Below are positions 56,362 to 64,000 of a stretch of 64,000 bases of DNA, in pieces. Below the pieces are notes generated by a model, which saw nothing but the letters and a program-made list of their open reading frames with translations, ran no database searches and was not told the DNA's origin. The stretch is from an uncultured virus (IMG/VR IMGVR_UViG_3300037067_011710) (lineage: Duplodnaviria > Heunggongvirae > Uroviricota > Caudoviricetes). The stretch lies in IMG/VR virus record IMGVR_UViG_3300037067_011710. One strand, written 5' to 3'. The translations under genes and the position numbers were made by a program. The stretch's first letter is position 1. Every line of letters begins with the position of its first letter.

Positions 56362-59124
56362 CTACGCCTTTCCTATCGTTCCATCGTCATCGAAGTAATA
56401 ACTTTGATTTTTACCATCCGGCATTTTTAATGTGAATCCAACCGCTTTCGGAGTCTCAAGATAGCTTACAAGCTGACCGGTTATAGACGTTCCCATCTTT
56501 GCCGTCGATCCAAGCGGATCAGTTATTTTGAATCCAATTATTTTACCAAGACTTTCATCCATCGTTATTTTAAACGCCGATGAAAGCGTGGTACTCCTTC
56601 TGTTTTTATTGTCAGTTTCCTGTGTAACATTACTTGATAAATATTTTGTATCAGGTAATTCAAGATAATAATCGGATTTTTTCAAAGCAGTTGGATCGTT
56701 CTTCAATACTTCAAACAACTTTTTTGAATTATTGATGGAAAGTAATTCCGAATAGTTTCCGACATTCAATGCGTTCAATCCGCTAACCCCGGTCTTATAC
56801 GCTTCGATAGTCGGATATCCCGACTTCTCCCATTCCTGACGATCAACGGTTATTCCATATTTATCGGCATCTTTCTGAAGCGTATTCCACGCCGTAGTTT
56901 CCTGCGAAGTAGAAGCGAATTTATATCCCGTAGTTCCCCTGTCAACTGAAACTTTAGTTGCGGCTACCGTGGAAGCTTCTTCGGGTATGGTCCATATCTG
57001 ATTACCTTGAGAATCATTCAGGCCTATAATGTTACCCTTTTCCCCATAAACAGGTACAGCCCCTTGGGTAACGCTCAACATTGCTGCGAGTTCGGCAACC
57101 TGCTTTATCTGCTTCGCCTGCTTCGGATCGCTTATCACAAGTTCCTGGTACCATTTTTCTTTTTCAAGACCAGCAAGCGCAGCATCGGTTTGAGAAATAG
57201 TGGTTGCCGCATACTGGTTGTCGGCCCATGACGTATCATACATCCCTGTATTTCCACTGGCCTCCCAATATGCCTGAAGTAATTTATCAGCCTGCTTATC
57301 TGTTTTCGGATTCCACCCGGCTACATTTTTCATCGTCCCGAAATAATTGGCAAGAGCTGTTCCGGCCTCACTGTCTTGTTGTCGCTGTGCTTCATCCCTT
57401 ATGATATCAAGTTTATCGGCTTCTATCTCAAGACTTCCCGAAACATGTTTGCCATCTTTTTCGTACCCAAACAGTTGAGCTTCATCCAGAGTAAGCCCCT
57501 GCTTTTTTATGGCAAGTTCGTCTCCCATTATTTCGAGACTTCCGGCAATATGCTTACCGGTTGTCTCGTCGGTATATCCATAAAGTTGCTGCGCGGCCCT
57601 CTGATCCTCGGCATTAAGTATACCCATTCTGCCTTTAACAACCTCACCGGTGGTTTCATCAGTATAGCCCTCCAATTCTCTCCGCTGCAATTCCACCGTT
57701 TTTTCGTTAAGGCCAAAACTTTTGGCCGATAAAGAAAGAGCACCATCAACATGCTGAAGCTCGGTACTCCGACGCGAAATCTCGCTCGGATCGGATATTA
57801 CTTCTCCGGTTTCCTGATCGTAGTAATACCCGTAGAGCGAACTCACTTCCTGTCCCGCTCTCTCGGCCGCAATCTGAACGCTACCCTTTACCCATTGCCC
57901 TGTCTTGGTATCAACATAACCTTTGATTTGTGCTTCGGTCAAATTAAGTCCCTGCCGGTTGATTGCATCAGCGCTATTCGCAAGCTCAAGAGTTCCCATA
58001 ACATGAACTTTATTTCCCAACGCATCAGTCGTATCATACCCGTATGCTGCATCGGCGGCTCTTTTATTTTCGTCGGAAAGAAGATCATACCGCCCGGCAT
58101 GCTTTACTCCATCCTCGTCGGTCCATCCCCACATTTCTTTTTTCTGTTCCTCAAAAGTCTTTCCCTGAAGATCAAACTGTCCTGCTGATATTTCAAGGCT
58201 TCCAGCAATACGATTACCGTTTTCATCGGTATACCCATAAAGGGTTGCCTCTTGCATATCGATACCCTTTGACGTGAAATAAGTATCGGTATTTTGACGC
58301 ATCTGTGCATATTCTTCCGGAGTCAGATCGGTTCCAAGCTCCTTATTTATTCTGTCTACCGAATAACCAGAAGCGATACGCGACATTATTGACCCCTGCT
58401 GCTGATCGAGCGTCGTCTGTTCCGCCTGGGTAACTCCTATTCCACCCATTTGAACATCCTGCTGCTGCTTGGTACGGGCATAGTTGCGCTGTTCGGTCAT
58501 AGTATTGAGATCGGGAGCCACTCCACCGAACATCGATGTGTATGCCGTTTGTAGCGACTTAAGACCTTCGGGTGTACTCGGGTCATACGTGGTGAGCATA
58601 CGCTCCCAATCAGTTTGCTTCTGTGCTTCTGCCGTCGCCTTTTCAGCCTGTGTCTGCTGACGTTCGGCGAGTTGTTGTCCCATACCCGACAGTCCTCCGC
58701 TTACCAACTGGGTTGCCGCCGTATTCGCAAGGCTTTGCTTCTGGCTGGCAATTTCTCCCATCATTTTTGACCGTTCACCGCTCAGGTTTCTGGCGGTGGT
58801 CTGGGCAACGCTTCCGATACCCTCTTGAGTAAGACCTGCCTGTGCCCCTTCCTGTTTGGCTGCTCCCATAGTCGCCATTGCTGCGCCACCGAATTGTTGT
58901 CCAGCACGGTTCTCAAGGTTCTGAAAAATCGGACTGGTTCCCGCCGCCATCTCTCCAATAGCACGCATACCCTGATCATAGTATGTCTTAGGGTTACCCA
59001 TTCCTACAGACGTGCTCGAAGATTTCGGAGCTGTAACCATTCCGGTGCCAATGGCTGTTGTGGCTGGTTTTGCGTCACCACCCCAAACGTCATCTGGAAT
59101 ATCATCCATCCAGCTTTTTGCCAT
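56362..59124 (-). CDS. Repeat-containing putative internal virion protein
   Basis: 920 aa; Gln/Ala-rich N-terminus; about 8 GY-D..G....G-L repeats. Confidence 0.6.
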   Translation of the reverse strand: MAKSWMDDIPDDVWGGDAKPATTAIGTGMVTAPKSSSTSVGMGNPKTYYDQGMRAIGEMAAGTSPIFQNLENRAGQQFGGAAMATMGAAKQEGAQAGLTQEGIGSVAQTTARNLSGERSKMMGEIASQKQSLANTAATQLVSGGLSGMGQQLAERQQTQAEKATAEAQKQTDWERMLTTYDPSTPEGLKSLQTAYTSMFGGVAPDLNTMTEQRNYARTKQQQDVQMGGIGVTQAEQTTLDQQQGSIMSRIASGYSVDRINKELGTDLTPEEYAQMRQNTDTYFTSKGIDMQEATLYGYTDENGNRIAGSLEISAGQFDLQGKTFEEQKKEMWGWTDEDGVKHAGRYDLLSDENKRAADAAYGYDTTDALGNKVHVMGTLELANSADAINRQGLNLTEAQIKGYVDTKTGQWVKGSVQIAAERAGQEVSSLYGYYYDQETGEVISDPSEISRRSTELQHVDGALSLSAKSFGLNEKTVELQRRELEGYTDETTGEVVKGRMGILNAEDQRAAQQLYGYTDETTGKHIAGSLEIMGDELAIKKQGLTLDEAQLFGYEKDGKHVSGSLEIEADKLDIIRDEAQRQQDSEAGTALANYFGTMKNVAGWNPKTDKQADKLLQAYWEASGNTGMYDTSWADNQYAATTISQTDAALAGLEKEKWYQELVISDPKQAKQIKQVAELAAMLSVTQGAVPVYGEKGNIIGLNDSQGNQIWTIPEEASTVAATKVSVDRGTTGYKFASTSQETTAWNTLQKDADKYGITVDRQEWEKSGYPTIEAYKTGVSGLNALNVGNYSELLSINNSKKLFEVLKNDPTALKKSDYYLELPDTKYLSSNVTQETDNKNRRSTTLSSAFKITMDESLGKIIGFKITDPLGSTAKMGTSITGQLVSYLETPKAVGFTLKMPDGKNQSYYFDDDGTIGKA

Positions 59125-59133
59125 AGTAGAGCC

Positions 59134-59556
59134 TTATGCTGAAAAGTAAATTTCTGTAAATGTAGAACTTGACCCCGCCAGATAAACAGAATGGACGCAA
59201 CACTGGTGACGTGTACGGGTAGTAAGAGTATTAACTATATGCTTCTGATATCGTGTAGCCCCGTTTCCCCACTCCGCTCCGTATCCAATTTCGTCCATCT
59301 CAATCACCGCATCGGTATAAGTTGTCTCACCGGATACTCGATGCATGTAAATACCACGACAAGAAAATGGAACATGCCACTCTGCTTGATTCGGACACAA
59401 TTGCCATCCTGCTCCATCCCATAGATTAAATTGCCATCCGGCAATGTTTGACCGTATCGCAGCTTGTCCGTGTTCTCCCAATATGGCATGAACCGGATTC
59501 CCGCCCGGAACTGTCGAGTGGTACATAATCGGTACTTGGTCATTGTTCATCGGCAT
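59134..59556 (-). CDS. Hypothetical protein
   Basis: 140-aa ORF with GAGG SD. Confidence 0.6.
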   Translation of the reverse strand: MPMNNDQVPIMYHSTVPGGNPVHAILGEHGQAAIRSNIAGWQFNLWDGAGWQLCPNQAEWHVPFSCRGIYMHRVSGETTYTDAVIEMDEIGYGAEWGNGATRYQKHIVNTLTTRTRHQCCVHSVYLAGSSSTFTEIYFSA

Positions 59557-59568
59557 AACTACCTCTTT

Positions 59569-59985
59569 CTATAAAATATACGCAAATTCAGTGAAAGCAA
59601 ATGAATTATTTACACTAATCACTTCTGCAGGCATTTCAGTAACCGTATATGTCTCACTTACAATTGCCGCTCCCATCCCGGAACTGAATCCCGCCGGTGT
59701 CAGCCGAATGGTAAACGTATCTCCAACATTGAGCGTTACCGGCAAGGTGTACCCAAAGGAAAATGTATAGACAAGACGTTCCGTGTCTCCGCTTCCAGCC
59801 GTCACCCTTGGGCAAAGCCAATAAATATCATTCGCAACATCAGAATATGGCCCTATCGGTACTTTAATCGGATCGTTCTCGGTGAGTTCGGTGTATCCAC
59901 CACCGTTAATATTTATCTCGGCCATCCAATACCGAACGCCCTGTACCACATTGGCAATCGTTATCCTGTCTCCAATTGCTGGCAT
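59569..59985 (-). CDS. Hypothetical beta-rich protein
   Basis: 138-aa ORF coupled (TAATG) to the upstream gene. Confidence 0.6.
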   Translation of the reverse strand: MPAIGDRITIANVVQGVRYWMAEININGGGYTELTENDPIKVPIGPYSDVANDIYWLCPRVTAGSGDTERLVYTFSFGYTLPVTLNVGDTFTIRLTPAGFSSGMGAAIVSETYTVTEMPAEVISVNNSFAFTEFAYIL

Positions 59986-62567
59986 TAGTTTACCCTCCCG
60001 ATCACATGCATCGTGTGCGCTGTCGGATCATCGTTCATTATTCCGTACCTGTTTTTTACCTTCGACCGGTAATAATAGTTCAACGGAACTCCTGCAGGAA
60101 TTCTGATCTGAATTGAATCCGTTCCTGACTCATTAAACCACCCTATCATTGGAGCAATAATCGTTCTTCCTCGGTTTATCCATGTAGTGCATGCCTCCGC
60201 AGAATCACCGATATCAGTAGAAAATTTCAGTGTCCCGGTATCCCCTATACGAACGTAATCCCAATCAACATCACGCTGCACCCGGGCCGCGAAGGAAGAA
60301 ATGATAGGTTTGATCGAAAATATCACGCTGTCGGTATGGTTTCCGGTGATCACATACGATCCGGTTGCCGATGTCCCGCTGTACGTGCCGCCGTACCGCA
60401 CGAAGGTCCATCCTGACGTTGGTACAGACACATAATTTATCGTAGTCCCATAAGGTCTAGAAAGGCCTCCTGCGATAGTCCACGTACCCAATCCTATTAT
60501 GGTAGTGTCGACGGTAAACGAATCAATATCAAAATACGCCGTAACCGTCCCGTCACCGCTTGCCGTGGCAGTGGTGGTCGAATCGGTGGTATCGGCTATT
60601 GCGATATCGGTAGTCGATCGAGTCCAGCGTACAAAGCCGTAATGTGCGTCGCTGGTGGCAGTTATATTGGTTGCCACGCCTCCTTCTACTGCCGTCGGTC
60701 CTGATGGAGTAGTAGATCCGTTCCCAGCGTCAGTAACGGTGAGAGTGCGTATTACAGCGGCGATATTAAGGGTTGCCGCGGTAGAGGTATCGGCCCCCCT
60801 TGGATCGGTCGCTATGCACCGGTATAGATATCCGTCCTCTGCTGTCGCCGCGGCCCAAGTGAGAGTATCATTGTCAGATGATGCAACATCGTCGTATCCT
60901 CCCCCGTCATTTACCTGCCATTTATACGTTATGGCCCTTGTGCTGGTTGCGGTAATATGAAATATCACTGTCTGACCATCCGACACGGTGGTGTCGTGCG
61001 GATCAAGTGTGATCGTCGCGGTGTCATAAATACCACCAAAATAAATTGAGTCCGACGAATCGGCTGAATACTGATCCTCCACATACGGAGTAAACCACCC
61101 TACCGGTACATTCGAACCTGGAACGTATACTATTTGGGTGTCATTCGAACTGACAGTCGTCACAATAGTGTCATTAATTTTCAGACTGTCTTTTGTCCTA
61201 TTACCGTACCAACCGTGATTAATCAACGTGTCATTTGCGTAAACTGTATCACCGTCAACTTTTACACCACCGCAGGTAACCGAGTCCTGCTTAATCGAAT
61301 CAAGGATAACGTCGATTATTGCATACCCAGTATCGACTGAATCGCCGTCGCAGTTATAAGCGATGAGCGGAATCGAATCTCTTTGAATGTCAACAAGAGA
61401 GTCATCAAATACAAACGTGGTATGATTAAGAGAGATGTGATCAGGCAGCGTCCCGATAGGTGCAACCGAATCGCACGAGTCACACTTTCCTGTAAATTCA
61501 AAAGTAACCCCAACGGTACACGGTGCAAATGTCGTATCATGCCAAAGTGGATCATCGCAAGATTCCTCTGAACCGTATTCATACGGACCGATCTCCTGCG
61601 TCGTTCCGTGACTTACTCCGTCTTTATCAGTAGTAAAGTTAAACGGAGCGGCATCAGAGTGAGTACTTGTCCCGGAATCGATAAGATTCGAACCGGAAAG
61701 CAAATGAAAGTCCTCACTTCCCTCAGTGATAGAAGTGAACTTTGCTCCGGAAGATATTGAGTAAGCTATATTTCTTAATCCATCAGATGATCCTGTCGTA
61801 TCGCTCGCTGCGCATGTGGTCATCGTTCTGGTTCCATAAAATCCATAACCGCCTTCTGAGCGGGAAAAATGACCGTAAGTATTTTTCATGGTGAGAGTAC
61901 CGGCGTCGTTGAAAACTCCGAACCATCCACCTATAATAATGGATGAATAAATGATGCATATGCCAGAGGTTACTGCTACACCTGCGTTGTCAAAAGATAC
62001 ATAAGTCGCTTCGTTTGGAGACGTGGTCTCTGTGTTCCATATTCGCACTAAAGCAGGAGATTGTACCCTTACTGCTTGACATGCAACTGTCGATGTTCCG
62101 TTCGTCTCAAACCGGCACCCTTCAATATTTACCGTATCTTGAGCCACGATACAAGCCTGCAATGCGGTAACACCCTGAACTTTTATAGTAATATTCTTAA
62201 GCCATAGGTGTTCTTGCGTAATCGATATTCCAGACTTGTCGGTATAAATTCGTGGATGATTTAACGAATCATTTATTATCATCACGTAACACGTATCACT
62301 TGTTGTCCAGTCATTGTTGAATGCAAACGGTATCGAGTCTTTCTTTGTTCCGCGGCAATGAATATGCATTATATTCCCACCGTCGTCAGTTAGGTTTTGA
62401 GAGAGGGTGTCCATTGCTGCGCTGTCTGTGGCAATAGCATTTGTCCATGAAGTTCCGTCGCCAAGCCCTCCGGAAACGTCAGTGTCTACATACCTGTCAA
62501 TAACGGGAGGGGTAGCGGTAACTGCAAAAGCAAACAAGAAAAAGATAATCCCTATTACTATTTTCAT
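59985..62567 (-). CDS. Signal-peptide protein with beta-helix, Ig-like and InlB-B-like repeats
   Basis: MKIVIGIIFFLFAFAVTA; GDGTSWTNA; DFHLLSGSNLIDSG..IGPYEY; Ig domain TYKWQ...DGYLYRC; GFVRW/WTFVRY repeats. Confidence 0.75.
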   Translation of the reverse strand: MKIVIGIIFFLFAFAVTATPPVIDRYVDTDVSGGLGDGTSWTNAIATDSAAMDTLSQNLTDDGGNIMHIHCRGTKKDSIPFAFNNDWTTSDTCYVMIINDSLNHPRIYTDKSGISITQEHLWLKNITIKVQGVTALQACIVAQDTVNIEGCRFETNGTSTVACQAVRVQSPALVRIWNTETTSPNEATYVSFDNAGVAVTSGICIIYSSIIIGGWFGVFNDAGTLTMKNTYGHFSRSEGGYGFYGTRTMTTCAASDTTGSSDGLRNIAYSISSGAKFTSITEGSEDFHLLSGSNLIDSGTSTHSDAAPFNFTTDKDGVSHGTTQEIGPYEYGSEESCDDPLWHDTTFAPCTVGVTFEFTGKCDSCDSVAPIGTLPDHISLNHTTFVFDDSLVDIQRDSIPLIAYNCDGDSVDTGYAIIDVILDSIKQDSVTCGGVKVDGDTVYANDTLINHGWYGNRTKDSLKINDTIVTTVSSNDTQIVYVPGSNVPVGWFTPYVEDQYSADSSDSIYFGGIYDTATITLDPHDTTVSDGQTVIFHITATSTRAITYKWQVNDGGGYDDVASSDNDTLTWAAATAEDGYLYRCIATDPRGADTSTAATLNIAAVIRTLTVTDAGNGSTTPSGPTAVEGGVATNITATSDAHYGFVRWTRSTTDIAIADTTDSTTTATASGDGTVTAYFDIDSFTVDTTIIGLGTWTIAGGLSRPYGTTINYVSVPTSGWTFVRYGGTYSGTSATGSYVITGNHTDSVIFSIKPIISSFAARVQRDVDWDYVRIGDTGTLKFSTDIGDSAEACTTWINRGRTIIAPMIGWFNESGTDSIQIRIPAGVPLNYYYRSKVKNRYGIMNDDPTAHTMHVIGRVN

Positions 62568-62576
62568 TTAAACCCC

Positions 62577-64000
62577 TTATTTGTGGGTACAGTACACACG
62601 GCCGTATTTTTTTGTCGAGCCATAATTAGACTCATGTGCCCCGGCGTCAGGTGCTGTCCCATATAATACCACGGTTCCGTCAGAATCTTTGTATAGCCAT
62701 ATCGATGCATTGTCAGACCATGTTTTGTTCGATGTCAAGAAAAGGGTATCATCATATAGTGAATCAGTCCCATAACTAATTGATTCGATTTGTGCCGTAT
62801 TCGATACCGTACCTACCGATATCCAATCTGCGGCAACTACTGCACCGCCTCCTGCACCATTACCCCAACCAGGCTGAAAATGCTTTGCATCATCAACGAT
62901 TAGTGTATCGGTATTGTTCCCGGCTCCGTATGCTTGCGTCAAACACGTCCCTGAATCTATAGCGTTTGATGTCGATTTCAAAGTGAAGTCAGGTTCATTA
63001 TTTACCGTTGTTATATCAGATCCATCCGGTGTTGACGGCCAATACCAGTCTACGTTTGTGTTATTTACTACAGGCGATGCATAATCGTTTTCTGCAGTAA
63101 AATCAGGTTCAGTGGTATAATTGGGTGATAGTATCCAATCTCCGCACACATCGTATCCAGTGCAGGAGTCCATCATCCATCCTTCGTTATACATATGGGA
63201 TACTGCAATCGTGTCTCCGGTGTAATTTTTCCAGAAGATGTTGTTTTTGATAACTCCACCATAGGAGTTAACCGGGAAATGTTCCTCATTTGCGGCGATA
63301 TATATTGTGTTTCTGTCGGGTGGATTTGACCGTCCAGGTGGATTTATTGCATCGGGAAAATTTGCTCCGAATCCGTTTGCAAAAAATGAATTATTGTAAA
63401 TGTGATTATAGCTCATCCTGCCATCAGTGGCGATTGAATGAGATTCAAAAAGAATTGCAAATGCTCCGTTGGCATACATATCGTTGTATCGAACGATATT
63501 GTTAGCTATTCCGAGGTGCATGGCTGCGGCATCGTTACTGTTGTTTACATTTTCCGATCCGTGTGAAATACGGTTTCCCTCAATGAGATTGTACCCGTGA
63601 TGAAAATCGGCATTATGGACCCCCTGCATCTGTATAATGCGGTATCCGTGCCAGATATCGACCTCATATTTTTCCTGAACTGCGTCATAGATCGAATCAA
63701 CAAAGTACCATTGCTCATTGTGTAGAATATTATTACGCAACACATTTTTATAGTTTAAAATTAAAACAACTTGGTGGCCACCTTGAGACATATCATTGTT
63801 TTCAATCACATTATCGTGAGTCTCGTCTTTACAGGTGTCTCCGGTGGTATTCCCGCAATCCTCCCACCCAATATCGAGACAGGAGGAAACATCCTCAAGC
63901 GTATATCCTCCCATTTTCTGCCATTTACAATGATGAACCCAATTGTAGCTAGAATTATGTTGAATCTCAGAAGCCGCCATCGCCGGGTTATTCGTAATCC
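62577..64000 (-). CDS. Right-handed beta-helix (pectin lyase-like) protein, partial
   Basis: NVIENN, NVLRNN, NLIEGN, IKNNIF; DFTLKSTSNAIDSG; APDAGAHE; likely starts beyond the window. Confidence 0.75.
   Translation of the reverse strand, partial: ITNNPAMAASEIQHNSSYNWVHHCKWQKMGGYTLEDVSSCLDIGWEDCGNTTGDTCKDETHDNVIENNDMSQGGHQVVLILNYKNVLRNNILHNEQWYFVDSIYDAVQEKYEVDIWHGYRIIQMQGVHNADFHHGYNLIEGNRISHGSENVNNSNDAAAMHLGIANNIVRYNDMYANGAFAILFESHSIATDGRMSYNHIYNNSFFANGFGANFPDAINPPGRSNPPDRNTIYIAANEEHFPVNSYGGVIKNNIFWKNYTGDTIAVSHMYNEGWMMDSCTGYDVCGDWILSPNYTTEPDFTAENDYASPVVNNTNVDWYWPSTPDGSDITTVNNEPDFTLKSTSNAIDSGTCLTQAYGAGNNTDTLIVDDAKHFQPGWGNGAGGGAVVAADWISVGTVSNTAQIESISYGTDSLYDDTLFLTSNKTWSDNASIWLYKDSDGTVVLYGTAPDAGAHESNYGSTKKYGRVYCTHK

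Noticed and set aside
45..63505. Numerous plus-strand ORFs in the track
   Set aside because: They are antisense shadows of well-supported minus-strand genes and have no recognisable motifs.
1..64000. Integrase, repressor, lysis genes or host flanks indicating a prophage
   Set aside because: None were recognised in the window, so lifestyle and recombinase source cannot be determined here.

Overview
The window is part of a tailed dsDNA phage genome (Caudoviricetes, podovirus-like architecture), with essentially all genes on the minus strand. Reading from high to low coordinates: signal-peptide/beta-helix/Ig proteins and ejection-type proteins including a 2821-aa polyvalent protein (64000-46271); a terminator, a consensus sigma70 promoter and two tRNA-like structured RNAs (46226-45826); a recombination/replication operon with exonuclease, ERF, SSB, initiator, DnaB, SNF2 helicase and ParB (45806-31938); an array of 12 small gene cassettes (31711-25839); terminase; a glycosyltransferase/radical-SAM/LicD cluster; and portal, scaffold, capsid, adaptor, nozzle and fibre-like genes. 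The main result is the cassette array. It is integron-like but non-canonical: each unit is bounded by GTT crossover cores, ends in a hairpin with an asymmetric 5/1-nt bulge, has its own extended terminal inverted repeats, and one cassette is duplicated exactly core to core. It sits at a single GTT between an early gene's stop codon and the terS ribosome-binding site, and no integrase is visible in the window. All protein calls come from motif recognition and gene context only; no database searches were run.
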